From Azolla caroliniana (lineage: Eukaryota; Plantae; Polypodiophyta): a stretch of 64,000 nucleotides of DNA. Position 1 is the stretch's first letter, and each line of letters starts with the position of its first letter. The translations under genes and the position numbers were made by a program. The notes beneath the pieces are model-generated. The model searched no databases and had not been told where the DNA came from. It saw only the letters and a program-made list of their open reading frames with translations. The DNA is taken from assembly GCA_043228905.1 (NCBI GenBank), contig JBHGNT010000022.1, positions 7,068,001 through 7,132,000 of the forward strand, in the 5' to 3' direction. Shown here one piece after another: positions 36,277-49,408 of the stretch.

Positions 36277-37432
36277 TGTCGTGAAGATCCGTCACTACGC
36301 GCGGATCGTGAGGCGGAACCGTCGGGGTTCTGGACCGGAAGTACTTGAAGTTGGCGCAAGCTTTATCGAGAAAGTACTTAAGCTAGATTGAAAGAGAGAG
36401 AGAGACCGGAAGTACTTGAAGTTGGCGCAAGATTTAGCGAGAAAGTACTTAAGCTAGATTGAAAGAGAATAGAACGCTTGACTTTAGATTGAGAGAGATT
36501 AAGATTGAACCCTTGATTTTAGATTTTAAGAAACAAGTTACACGATCAATTCGATAACGAATTCTCTTCTTCTTAATTTCATAACCAAAAAAAGCCTAAC
36601 CCTTCTTCTTTTTCATCCCTTCTTTTATAGATGCTCTCATGCATATGATGCATCTGAGGGTACAAGACATGCATAAAATGCATGTTTGTCATTTGGCGCT
36701 CATGTATTACATGTGGTGCATAATAACCATGTCACTCATTTTAGCTCTCATGTATGAGAATTTATATAAAACTACAATGATAGAAATATAAATTTAACTA
36801 AATGTCATGGCTTAGTGGTAAGTCTACTGACTCTTAAATAGGAGGTGCAAGGTTCGAATCCTCACTTGCCCTCTTTGTATATATATATGTGACATTTATT
36901 TATTAATTTGGTCGTCGGATGCCGGTCGCTGCCGGTTGTCGGTGCGCCGACGCCGGATGTCGGTTCCACCGGCTCCGTCTCTGTCGAATGACGGTTCTGC
37001 CGGTGTGCCACCGTCGCTTTGTCGGCTGCCGCCGAATCACCGGCTCCATCGTCGTTCTAGTTTTGGTTGGCCAAAACCTTTACACTTAGCTAGGCCACCT
37101 CAACTCTTAGTTCAAGTTACCTTGAACTCTCCATGCTCCACACATAAACACAAAGATAATAACTTTTGTTCTACATTATATATGATGAGAGCTGTATTTG
37201 TCGTGCCTATGTGGGATATCTCATAGTTTTCTCTTTGTCTTTCACAAACTTTATACCCTCATATCTTGACATCTAGTTGTCTATTTCTCATGTAATAAAG
37301 TGCATTCGAAAGCTCTTGAAGACCTCTATCATTTTGTACTTAGATACTTCATTATTATTGTTTTATGTGATTCACACTCGATTTTGTACGTTTTATATGA
37401 TTTTCAAACCATTGCCAAAAATCTTTACGACA
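36277..37432. mobile_element. Solo LTR, 1156 bp, with 12 bp terminal inverted repeat and 4 bp TSD
   Basis: Termini TGTCGTGAAGAT...ATCTTTACGACA; flanks ACAG (36273-36276) and ACGG (37433-37436); internal 71 bp direct repeat at 36333 and 36404. Confidence 0.78.
36803..36872 (+). promoter_or_regulatory. tRNA-like Pol III internal promoter (A box + B box) inside the solo LTR
   Basis: TGGCTTAGTGG at 36808-36818 and GGTTCGAATCC at 36851-36861, 43 nt start to start. CTCTTAA sits at the anticodon-loop position, but the stems are degenerate. Confidence 0.6.
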
Positions 37433-37500
37433 ACGGTAATCCGCAAGTATGTGTTGAAATGGAGTGGGACCATCTGGGTCTCGGACCAGGAAGAGATGGA

Positions 37501-38696
37501 TGTCGTGAGGATTTCATGCAAGGGTGAGAAACCTAGGTGGAATAGGCAAAGTCGGCAATGTGCAACATGTGCACATGTACATTAGGAAATGTACATAAAA
37601 ATAAAGGGAAAAGGAAGGGTACAAAAAGGGCGTTGATGTAGTTAATGAGTAGAATAAAGTGTGATGTGTACAACGGTCCACATGCACACGTATAGTGTGA
37701 AAGTGAGGAGGGTTTAAATGTACTTCTCGCATCACCACTCCGGAGATCAAGGCAAATATCTCCTTTGAAAAAGAGGAATATTGGACCGACTTTATAATGT
37801 ACCTCCCTCCTTGGGTTATTAAAGGAGGAGAGAGTCTCTTGTTTAAGGGTTCCCCACTTTTGGTTCGTTTTCTCTGGTTTTCGTGTTTTCTCCATTTATT
37901 CTTTAGTTTGTTAGGGTTTGGGGTTCAATTTTTTCTTTAGGGTTTAGTTTGGCTTAGAGCTTGTATGCTCTGAGGGTTGTAGTTTCTGCTCTATCTTTTG
38001 TGCAAGGCCTCACTCGGTGCGACGAGTCCGAGAGCTCCCCGACTAGCAGCTTGCCTGTAGACGATCGTTGTAATCTAGTTCGCTTGCTCCGATTCGAAGC
38101 CGGAGTTGTATTCTATTGTTTTGTACATAAATATATACAAAGGGTTGTCTATATTTGTCTTTGTTGGTGTTGAATGTGTTTCTCTTCCTTTTCGGTTTTT
38201 GTACATAAGAAGCGTGTGTTGTGTAAGTGTTGTGTGCGTGTTTTCTATCTCTCTTGTTCGGTTGCCTATGGTACGTGCCTGAAAACGCTGTGATCGGTGC
38301 CACAACCAGTGTAACTGGTACCGGCGAAGCTCGGTCTCCCAACATCCATCTCTTCCAGGTCCGAGACCCTAGTGGTCCCTCCCCATTTCAACACATACTC
38401 GCGGATTACCGTGACATCTTTGGTGAAACTGACGTGAAAGGGAAACAAGGGAGTATGGAGATGGAAGACGATGACTTCATGGAGACAATGGCAAAGGTAG
38501 TGATGGAGTTCGGGCAAGCGATGATGAGACGAGAAGCGGCACAACAAGTTGTCGAGAGGGTGGTCGATCGAGTCAGTCGATTCAACGGGGACAAAGTCCC
38601 ATTCTATTTGGAAGCCTATAACACGGAAATGGCGGCGCGAAACGTAGATGAGGCGTTAAGGCTGAAATTGTTCTGTTAGGAGGAGGCGTTAAGCCT
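37501..38696 (+). mobile_element. Gypsy-like fragment with Trp-type PBS: complete 5' LTR (37501-38416), PBS and gag start
   Basis: Termini TGTCGTGAGG...CCGTGACA; PBS TGGTGAAACTGACGTGAA at 38421-38438; gag MEMEDDDF...RFNGDKVPFYLEAY at 38455-38679. Confidence 0.8.
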
Positions 38697-38879
38697 ATAC
38701 GTGTGCATGTGGACCGTTGTACACATCACACTTTACTCGACTCATTAACTCCATTGACGCCCTTTTTGCACCCTTCCTTTCCCTGTATTTTTATGTACAT
38801 TTCCTAATGTACATGTGCACATTGTCGACTTTGCCCATTACACCCAGGTTTCTCACCGTTGCCGGAAATCCTCACGACA
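38697..38879 (-). repeat. Inverted copy of the LTR 5' end (reverse complement of ~37501-37693)
   Basis: ATACGTGTGCATGTGGACCGTTGTACACATCACAC...AAATCCTCACGACA. Confidence 0.9.
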
Positions 38880-39477
38880 CCAGTTAACTTGAACATTCCA
38901 CCAAAATGTTCGTCCATCGCTCTGATACCACTTTGTGAGGATATGTAGTTGGCCACAACTGGTTAACTGTGCAAATGAGGAACGTAGAGTGCAAGACAAC
39001 AAAACAACAGACGGAACAGACAATAAAGAGATAGAGACACAAGTATTTTACGTGTAAACCCTAAACGGGAAAAAACCACAGGAGTCCACAAACTCCAAAC
39101 AATATCACTATGGTAGGAGGAATATACACAGGAGACTCACAGGCAACAACCTTACTCCTCTACGTCAGATGACGGTAACAATAGAGTTACCACTCTCTCT
39201 TACTCTCCTACACACTCTTAGTTACAGAGGCAATTACCAATAACAACTATTCATGCTCATATAATGATTTGCCCTAGTTGCATTTATACTAATACAACTT
39301 TAGGGCTATTTACAATTTTGGCCCAAAATAGGCACAACACAACATATTTACGGATATGTCCTCTTCCATATTCATCTTCGGATCCGACCGATCTGGCTTC
39401 GGGTCGGAGCCATCCGGTTCGACACGTACTCATCCCATCCAGTGCTCTGCCCATCCAAATGAACCTGTTTCCCAACA

Positions 39478-40464
39478 TTTTGCGCTTGCCAATTGTGTCC
39501 TTGTGGTTTTGTTCTTCGTCTGTCCTTATCACCTTTGCTATCTTGCAAGAGCGAATATGGGGAATCATGGCACGTTTCATAAACAAAGCTATCAAAGCAT
39601 GTGCATGAGCATCTCTGCCATCCTAGTGAAGTTGCTTTGCATTTGGTACAATAGAAACTGCATCATGAGCATGAGTAGGATGATCAACATCCTCAAAAGC
39701 ATCAGTACCATCATCATTTGTGTTCACAACAACAGGAGGTTTTTCAACCCCCTAGACCACATTCCATGACCCTTTTGCTACTAATACACAACGCATCATG
39801 TATGCCCAAAGAGGGTAATTTGTTCCATCCAATTTATTGTCGACAACAAGCATCTGAAATAAATCATTGCTCTCGGCCATGGCCATTGACTGAACACGTT
39901 TTGATGCAAAAAATGGACTGTTAAATGAATAAAAAGGAATAACATACCTCTTTGACTTAGAAGATGAACCAATGAAGAGAAAAGGAAGCAAATATGATTT
40001 CTATGCAACAACCGTAGAGAAGAGGTTTGTAGGAAGGTCGTTGAAGACTCAAGGAGGCTTTTAGTAGGATTGAAGCGACTTGACGCAGAAAAACGCAACT
40101 GAAACAACGCATAGAGGAAGAAAACACGCAGAAATTTGTTTTGCAGCAACAAAAAAACACCACCACAGATGGTGCACATAAACTTCCGATGGGGTTCGTC
40201 ACCTTGCTATTAACTCGTTGCATTGTTGCTCAAACAAAGCTTAGTTGCTCTGATATCATTGTTGGGTTCTTGTTTTGAATCACAAAAACTACCCCAGTTT
40301 AGGGTTATGAGAGTATTTATAGACAAGGGGAAAACACCTCCTAAAGAGGGAAAAAATGCCCTTGTAGTCCTAAGTGTGTTCACACACATCACTGTCCTAA
40401 GTGTGTTCACACACACCATTGCCCTAAGTGTGTTCACACACGTCACTGCCGAAATATGTCAACA
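39478..40464 (-). mobile_element. Ty1/copia 5' fragment (short LTR, mutated Met PBS, gag N-terminus)
   Basis: Gag MAESNDLFQMLVVDNKLDGTNYPLWAYMMRCVLVAKGSWNVV; PBS TGATATCAGAGC at 40258-40247; LTR about 40260-40464 (outer end uncertain). Confidence 0.7.
40358..40450. repeat. 27 bp tandem repeat, 3 copies
   Basis: CCTAAGTGTGTTCACACAC(A/G)TCACTG units. Confidence 0.85.
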
Positions 40465-41665
40465 ATTGTGTCATTCGTTGAAGGAGCAAGGTTCAAATCT
40501 TGCCTTGCATAAATTCATCTTTGGCATGTTTGGCTTATGCATTTGTATTATTATTTTATTCCCTATCCAACGTGTCGAAAACATCATGACAACAATGATA
40601 TAAGTTTGGGGCGCCTCCAGTTCATCTTCAAGGAATTTGTGCATTGATCTGTATGGTGAAGAAGTGCTTTCTATGAGGTTGACAAGCCAATATTAAGCTC
40701 ATTGTTCCAACTAACAATATGTGTTCTTTTATATAAACACATTGGCAAAATTCTCATATTTCGTTGGAAGCAAGGCAAATGGAATGGATTCCTAAGAACT
40801 AGTAGGTATGATGTGGTGGGCCAAATGTGTTGAATTTCATCGGAAATCGATGAAAATTAGGCACGTCAATCCCAACCATTTCCTAACCATGTGAACCGCC
40901 TCTACTATCAGTCCTTGTCAATGACAAAAATGTGTGAGTCATTGCATGGTGAAAAAATAGCAACGAAATGAAGGGTAAAAATTCTTACATATTTACAAGG
41001 GAGAAGTTTTTCATCATAGATATCAAAGGGGAGATAGAATTTTATTAGCATTCTTAAAGGTCAAATATGACACTCCATGTAGTATATCTTTTTAGGAATT
41101 TAATAGTGACTCTCCATGCTCAAGAATTTTACGAATGCACGTAGGTCAAATATGACCAATGAGACATAATATTATGGAGTTGATTAGTGAGTTTTGACAA
41201 TTCACCATTGGAAAACAAATTTTCGGAGTCATTGCATGTGTATTCATACAATATAGACATGGAGATTTTATAGTTCATACTTCTCATTAAAAAAATGAAG
41301 GTGATTTTTTGTAAATGGTATTCATGAGCAAGAAAACTAAAGAAAATTAATTAATTAGTGATACATTTAAATAGAAAAGCAAGTTAGCATGAGAACCGCG
41401 ACAAAGAAAAAAGATTAATGAATGATGCAAACCATTACATGGAAGAGTAAAGAGGCATTGAGGAAACAGATAAATAATTACAATGTAGGGGTTTCATAAA
41501 ACTTATGTTGGATTTAAATAAATGGGCTACAAATATAGCATGATATGGTTTTGGTTTTCACAATGCACCAGAAGAGAGTTAAATATAAATTTGAAAATAT
41601 GTTGATTTAAGAGCACCCTTGTCCTTGGGTTCATTAGTTCCATGTGTTGTTAACAAATAGCATAT

Positions 41666-41746
41666 GTATAAGCTTCCTTGTATAGTCTTCTTGTAATAAT
41701 CCTTCCTAACTAATGGGAAAGTAGCTTTATTTTGGGAAAAAAAAAC
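41666..41746 (+). mobile_element. Short 5'-truncated LINE/SINE 3' tail
   Basis: TCCTTCCTAACTAATGGGAAAGTAGCTTTATTTTGGG followed by poly(A); approximate flanking duplication AACAAATA(T)GCATA. Confidence 0.65.
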
Positions 41747-42911
41747 AACAAATATGCATATTTTTCCACTCAAGACAAATGTCTATCGAGAGGTTGACAT
41801 TATTGGTAACAAGAGAAGGTTTCAATTATTCTACAATATCCCACCATTTTCTGTTGGAAGAGGAGTACGTATCGAATCTCAACAAAAATGGAGTGGACAA
41901 AACTCTCCATTCACTCTTATGTGTGGGACACCCTTGTAAGGAGGTATTTAATTTGTTCAATGCTTTTTCCAAGCATTAGTTGCAAGGTGCAACCTCCATA
42001 CATGTTTGGTACAATGAATGTTTACTGAAATGTTGTACTTTGTACGTCTCCCCTTCTCCATCCCATATTAGCGGAGATGTTTCCATGGAGAGAGCACATG
42101 AGAGAATGAATGGATCGACAAATGATCAAGATGATTATATGAATATTAGGGCATGGAAATAAAATTTCCCATTTCATTTCACACTGTGAAAAATAACCAT
42201 AATACCCTGTGGCACTAGCTATTTGTTGAACCCAAATCCGTTGCCATTAGTAGGATGCATCCACTTGCGCACAAAACAAAATCCGCAATATAATGTGGAG
42301 ATCGGCGCTCTAATAGTGAACATCTCGGGCTAGCGATAAATCATAGAGCGTAGCTTTCACGAAATAAAATGTCTAGTGCTACACGGGCATAACCATATCA
42401 TATGTCGTGGTAGTTTGCCTCGTAGTCTTCTAACCCACGAGGATAAAGAGTGGTTATGCTGGCCGTAACATAGAGGATAACATTACGACATGGATAAAAC
42501 TCAAGTATGTATGTACATAAAAGGAAGACCTTGGGCGTGTGTGTGAGAATATATATATGTATATATATAGGTATGTGAGCTTAAAGAAGACATTGAGATG
42601 GACATTAACGAAATAGCATCCCCATGTTGTTTTAGATATAAGAAAGATTTGTTGTCATAACATGTGGTAGAAGAGAGTGTGGGTATATATATATATGTAC
42701 ATAGTCTTCAAAAAAGAAGGCCAGGTGAAGTGATGAGGGAGGGGGTTCTTTTAGTTGAGACTTATGAGATGTTGTTTAATTAATTACATAATTAGGTTGG
42801 TTGATACGGCGGTGGGTGTTTTCCTTTTTTGTGGGCTCCATCATCCAATTCAATCCAATCCAATCCAGGGAAGGAGAGAGTTGAGTGAGTGAGAGAGACA
42901 GAGGAGTGGGA

Positions 42912-42914
<3 letters not shown>

Positions 42915-42971
<57 letters not shown>
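42915..42971. repeat. (GA)n microsatellite in the ALDH 5' leader
   Basis: Seen directly, about 20 bp before the ATG. Confidence 0.9.
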
Positions 42972-42973
<2 letters not shown>

Positions 42974-42992
42974 GTGTGTGCAGAATCCAGAG

Positions 42993-43489
42993 ATGATGAT
43001 GATGGGGATGGATGCTACTACCACCACCACACCATCCTCGTCTTGTGGTTTGATGATGATGAAGGAGTATGGGGAAGCTCGTGAGGCATTTAAGAGAGGC
43101 GTGACACGGCCCCTCGAATGGCGCCTCCGTCAGCTCGATGCCATGACCTCCTGCCTCCGCGAACGCGAGGCGGACATCAACCAGGCCCTCTATGAAGATC
43201 TGGGAAAGTCATCTTTCGAATCCTTCTGTACTGAGGTATGTATATGTGCCAACCACCTTTCTTTTCCCTTTGGTCTATGTATGTAGGTATATATATATAT
43301 TTAGATGTATCCATATGTAATGTGTCTGTATATAATGTATGTATATATATATGTATGTATGTATTCGTTTGTCATGTATGGTGTATGGCTATGTGTGTAT
43401 GTACACATGTATATATATGTATCTGCATTTTTATGTATAGGCATATGTGTATGTGTGTATTTGAATTTGTGTATATGTATATATACACT

Positions 43490-43525
<36 letters not shown>

Positions 43526-46500
43526 ATGTATTTATGTATATGTATCTGTATGTAATGTACACAAGTTTTTCTTCAATATATATTTTGATCCAATAGCATA
43601 ATGTTGAAATTTCTTATTTAACTCATATCTTGATCTTAGATTATGTTTCAATGCATGTTTGATCAGAATATTTATTTTTTGATTTTTGTTAAGTTTAAAC
43701 TATATCTTGTGTTAGTTATCAGTTTCGAATGTCCTTTCTTATTATGTGTTAGGAAAACAAAGCCTCTATGTTCTTGCCAAAGTTTCAGCATTTCAGGAAA
43801 AAAGGGATGAAGATTTCGGATACTGTAAAGTTAATTTATGCATCTATGTGTGTGCACGTGGTTCAATATATTTATTTCGTATCAAAACATATAATGGATA
43901 TCTGACCTTCTTAAATAAAGAGAAAGAAAGAAAGAGAGAGAGATAGACAGACAGATAGATAGATAGACAGAGAGACAAAGAGATAGAGAGAATTATAGAT
44001 AGATATAGATTCATGTCTACATTCATAAGCCTAACATTCATAAACCTAATGAATTGCAAAAATCTTGAAACAAGATCAGAGGACAAAGGATACTGATGTA
44101 TATTTTTCAACACTCGTTATTAACGCTGTGCTGTTCAGCTATATGGAAAATAATAAAGCTCCAAACATTCATGTTGGATAATTTATTATGTTCAACTGCG
44201 TATTTGGACAACTTTAAATGGGTTTAGAATATGATGCACGTTTTGAAAAGGTACCTAACTATATTGATCTGAAAGCGGGTAAAGAAAAGAATAGTTGCTA
44301 CACCATTAAGTTATAATAAGTGGAGATTGTCCTGTTTTGCTGACAATTGGATCAAATATTCAGCATTCGGCATTCGGTTTCCAATGTTCAAATATCCTAG
44401 TGGTCTGATATTAAGTTTTCAATACATATTTTGAACCCACTCTCCTGTCTGATATTATGTTTTGAATGCATGTTGATCAAATACGATGTTTTGATATTAC
44501 ATTTCTGATGTGTATTGATCAACTATCATGATTTGGTATCAGGTTTCCTATTCATATGGATGAAATATCATGATTTGGTATTGTGTTTCCAGTCCACGAT
44601 TAATTGAATATCATGGTTTGATATCAGGTTTCTAATGCATATTTGATCAGTTAACATGACTAAATAAATATCATGATTTGATCTTTTGGAGGATGCCTCA
44701 TTTTGCCTAAATATAGTATCCCTATATTTTTTCCAAAAGCCTTTGGGTCAACCCTGAAAGAGCAAGAAAAGGATGAATTCACTTAATATCTCACGTACTC
44801 TGATGTAATTTTGGTCAAATAGCACGTAGAATTGCTCTTTCAGGGCTTGGCAAAACGCATTTGGAGAAATAATGAAAACTCTGGCGCATTTGGTGGAGTG
44901 AATGCTCTTGTAGTGCAAAAATATATTAAAATCCATGGCTTTTCCCTTGATACTACAGACAGGAATCGTTCTGAATTCTTGTACAACAATGAGGAACAAC
45001 TTGAAGAAATGGATGCAGCCGCAATGTGTAAGGCGCTATTTTAATTTGTTTTCTTATTGTTTCTCCTTAAAATCAGTAAACTCACAAGAAAATGTGTTTA
45101 AGAGGTTTGCATTATTCATTGGGAATTGGACACGTGGAAATTTGTTTACCTTATATTATAAGTTTTTCAGGTGAACATCCCCCTTCCATTGCAACCTGCT
45201 TCTGGTGCAATCATTGCAGAGCCACTTGGTGTTGTTCTTGTCCTATCAACTTGGAATCTTCCATTAGGTAAGAAATTTAGATTAGGATGTATACCTCATT
45301 TATTTTTGCAGTATTTCAAGTTATTTTGGTGATGATTCTGGTGATTGTTTGTTGCATTGTAGTAAAACCCACATTGATGGTAAAAAGCATAAAGTGAATC
45401 CAGAACTCTTATTATTAAATATTCATAATTATTTTCATTGCATATACGGTAACTTTTGAAAGTACCAAATACTGCTTCCAAGTACTTGCAAGCACCATAA
45501 ACTACTGTCAAAGGGCTACCCAGGTTTGTTGATGACTCCTGTGTATAATTTGCCTCATATGGATTGGACAAGGCATGGTGTAACTTCGTACGTAATCTCA
45601 TTAGTCCTATTTCTTGCACTTGTCATATGTGGTGGCATACAAATCTCCATCTGGTTGTGACTCAATGTATATTTTATGAATTTTATGCACATTCATGGTT
45701 TATTATTCTAATTTTATGCACATTCATGTCTTTTGGGTATGGGAAAAGTACTGGCATTGGATCCATTAATAGGCGCGATTGCAGCTGGGAATGCAGTGGT
45801 GTTAAAATGTTCAGAAGTTGCACCTTCAGTGTCAAAGGTATTAGCTAAAATAATTCCAATGTATTTGGATAACCAAGCAATTAAAGTGGTTGAAGGAGGT
45901 GTTCCGGAAAGTACCGAATTATTGAAACAGAAATGGGATAAAATCTTTTGTACAGGTACACTTTCTTGATCTTTATGCTACATTTTTTTGGAATATTGAT
46001 ACTCGAACATGTTTGAGATTATACCTCTTCGATTTTTGGTTGTATGAAAATTGATTTGGGCGATGAGTTCTAATGAGAGCTGATTCAGTTTCTAACCGCC
46101 CTCATGAATGGTTGACAGGTGTGAAATTGTGGTATTTTCTAATTAGTCTTAAGATCAATTGATATAGTAACCATACTGGTCATATTCTGTGAATCATTCT
46201 TGTGGGGTATTCACTTCATATTGAGTTACTGCTAACAAAGAAGAACAATGTGCTTGTGAAAACTTTGTATAAACCAACTTTGGTTTTCATGAAATTTGTT
46301 TTCAAAAATCATTCTTACAAAATGAAAGTATGTATCTTGCAGGTAGTACCCATGTAGGTAGAATAGTGATGACAGCAGCAGCAAAGCATCTTACACCTGT
46401 TACATTGGAACTTGGAGGAAAATCACCAACTATTGTGGATTCAGGAGTTGATCTTAAGGTGAATAATGCTTATACAAAATACATGAATATAACGGGCATT

Positions 46501-48815
46501 AGGAAATAAAAAATGGGTTGTGTTAGAAATGTTATGTTATTGATATACTTCCACATTCATGGTAACTAAAGGTTTGAGTAGATGGTACTAAAATCTATTG
46601 AGACAATATCATGGGAAAGGTCTTACTGAGGATATTCCAGACCGTTAATAATTTCCCAGTTTGGAATTGTGATATGAAAGTCAAAAGCAACGCTAAAAGT
46701 TTCCCACTGGGAAGCATTTCCTCTTTTCTATTGGTCAAGAGACAGTCATTCAGAAAATGCCACATGCCTAAGAGGCCCAAGATTGAGGTCAAAATTGACC
46801 AAATGATCATTATTGATTTTGTTTAATCATTATTTGAAGGCAAACGTACAGTAATCAGATGCCTCAACATATATTTGGATTACTCACATATACAGTGAGA
46901 ATTGACTTTCATCAGGTGGTAACGAGGAGAATTGCTAGTGGGAAATGGGGAATAAACTCTGGTCAGACATGCCTTGCTCCCGATTATCTTATTGTTGAAA
47001 AAAGAAATGCACAAAAGCTGGTGAGTGTATTTTCTATTGTATGAATCTTATTTCTTTGTGATCTCTTTAACTTTGTTTTTAATGCCTACGCTACATGGCA
47101 CTCTTAAACTATAGCTTAAATATTAATTTTCGATTTTGGTCATTAAATATGTTGTTTATCACATTCTGAATGTTGATTTCTTTGTGTGCATGCTGAAGAT
47201 AGAAGCACTTGTAGGGACGTTGAAAGAATTTTTTGGCACGGAGTTAGGTTTCGGGAGTTCCCCTGATCTAACCAGAATTGTGAATAAAAGACATTTTTCG
47301 CGTCTTGTGTCTTACTTGAAGGATTTGGATGTGGATAAAACGATTGTTTATGGTGGAAAATCCAATGAAGATACGCTGTATGTGTTGGAACTTTCTTTCT
47401 TTCCTTTAGAATATGTGATAGATTAATGGCCATGCAATAATCAGATGATTTTAAAGATTATCTTAGATTGTTTACATGTCGCTTTTCCTTAGATTTATTG
47501 AACCAACGATTTTGCTGGATCCACCAACAGATGCATCAGTTATGAACGAGGAGATATTTGGACCCATCCTGCCTATAATAACGGTTATATTTGTCATCTC
47601 AACTCCATTTCATTTCATTTCTTTCCAAACTTATCATGAATTGTGTATGTCATGTAGGTGACGTTATAACATCATAATGTGACCCACTTATTATGAAGCA
47701 GTTATTATTCCTTTTATAAGGATATGCTATTGTTTTCAATTGACCCTTAGATTGTGGCAATTTATAGAACCAAGTGTTGCAAGTGTTCCATGATCTTGAA
47801 CTAAATCCATGCCATTGGTTTTATGGTTATGCTTTCACCTGCTTTTAAGTGAAAAATATGTAATAGCTGGAAAAAACAAATTAGTAGTATCCAAAATGCT
47901 GATTTGTGTAGGAAACATTTATAGATTTTCAATTCTATTAATCAATCATCTTGAGTTATTTTTATATTTTTCTTGTGCATCTAACTTTTGTGCTGTATTT
48001 GAGTACAGGTTCATACGATGAGCGATGCAATTGATTTTGTCAACTCTAGGAACAAACCGCTAGCATTATATCTCTTCACAAATGACAAGAATTTGAAGAC
48101 GCAAGTCAGCAATGAAACCTCTGCTGGAACTGTTGTCATAAATGATGCGGTTGTACAAGTAAGTCTTCATTATCACTGCCTCTTTATTACTTTGAAAACA
48201 AATCTCTTACCTGCTAAATAATGATGTGCAAACGATACAAATTTTGTTACTCAATTCATGGAATCTTAAAAAGGCTTCGTTTTTATATTATTCCTTGCAT
48301 GTGAAGGAATTGTTTTGTTGCCAAACATCAACAACGTAGAGATTTTGTTAAAACGGATTGATATTCGAAAAGATTCCTTCCATTTAGAGGCTTGTCAAGA
48401 AAATCAAATTGATTCATTATTTTCTCTTAAAGAATGAACACAGAAGATACAGATGTTTCATTGTTAAAACATCGACGACATAGAGGTTTTGTTGGTAAAC
48501 ATTGATGATATAGGGATTGTGTTATGGAAATGAATGGAACATCATATAATCTTTTACATTTTTGTGGTTTTGTAGTTTGCCTTGGATATGATTCCATTTG
48601 GAGGAGTCGGACACAGTGGAATGGGATCATATCATGGGAAGTATAGCTTTGAAAACTTTAGCCATCTGAAGCCCATTGTGAGCCGGTCCTTGTGGGGTGA
48701 TTTTGCCGTTCGATACCCGCCATACAACACGTCGATAAAGCAAAGTATTGTAAAGCACATAGTTCGTTTTGACTATCTTGGCTTGATTTTGTCTTTGTTG
48801 CGACTTAGAAGATAG
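42993..48815 (+). CDS. ALDH3: Aldehyde dehydrogenase family 3 (ALDH3F/H-like); 10 exons
   Basis: GT-AG exons in phase: 42993-43235, 44959-45027, 45171-45267, 45749-45955, 46343-46458, 46916-47020, 47199-47377, 47493-47583, 48009-48158 and 48576-48815. Motifs EPLGVVL..WN, AIAAGN..VLKCSE, FCTGS, catalytic LELGGKSP and [25 protein letters not shown] and RYPPY. Which of several clustered ATGs is used is uncertain. Confidence 0.93.
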
Positions 48816-49249
48816 GCAACCTTTTAGTAAAATATTTGATTTGTTAATCATTTAAAGTTTGATCTTTTAAGCATGTGCTCATTTACACTTCTTGTTGCAA
48901 TTACAATAAAAGTTGATGCGTAGTGACAGAGTTGTGTTAAAAACCCAGAGTATATTAGCATCTATAGAGCGTTTGATGTTTGGTATGATATGGGGAAAAT
49001 TGATGCGGGAGTAGCGGAAGGTGAAATTTATGATCACACTCAAAGTCTTTGGAGATTAAAGATGACAAAACCACCTCAAAAGACACAAAGAAGGTCCCAA
49101 ATTGACATTAGAAGAACATATATAGCGATAATTTATGATTTATAGAATATAAATTTCAGGTCTTGTTTACACCACTTCTGGCAGGATACTAGCGTTTAAA
49201 GTGGGTTGGGTATTCAGGTGGATTAAGAAAATGTTGCATTTCATTGATG

Positions 49250-49408
49250 AAAGCAACACATTAGATCTCTACATTCTTTAAATAGGGTTTCTTTTGTAAA
49301 AGCTACACAGTTTGCTCGAGTCATGATATAAAAGCAACACATTAGATCTCCAAATTCTTTAAATAGGGTTTCTTTTTTAAAAGTTACACAGCTTGCTTGA
49401 GTCATATC
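49250..49408. repeat. ~81 bp direct tandem duplication
   Basis: AAAGCAACACATTAGATCTC...TAAATAGGGTTTCTTTT...ACACAG...GAGTCAT occurs twice. Confidence 0.85.

Larger units (their letters stand above)
34981..39477 (-). mobile_element. Truncated Ty1/copia (5' LTR, PBS, tandemly duplicated gag) split by a 2.6 kb LTR-derived insertion
   Basis: LTR 38934-39477 (544 bp, same length as 4801-5344); PBS TGGTATCAGAGC at 38930-38919; gag ATG at 38917 (MDEHFGGMFKLT) resumes near 36265; knuckle YCGKSGHFQKNC; second gag N-terminus at 35457-34981. Confidence 0.85.

Noticed and set aside
36800-36875. Functional tRNA-Lys gene
   Set aside because: Acceptor and anticodon stems do not pair; only the promoter boxes are convincing.
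36269-38879. DNA transposon or MITE with long TIRs
   Set aside because: The inverted arms are LTR segments of the Trp-PBS family and no transposase is present.
40480-40510. T-arm-like hairpin GCAAG-GTTCAAAT-CTTGC as a tRNA/SINE head
   Set aside because: No A box at the proper distance (a copia LTR abuts it), and too short to call.
43238-43601. Cys/Val/Tyr-rich ORFs (also 13302-13682 and 42776-43030)
   Set aside because: Translations of (TA)n, (TG)n and (CT)n microsatellites in intronic or upstream DNA.
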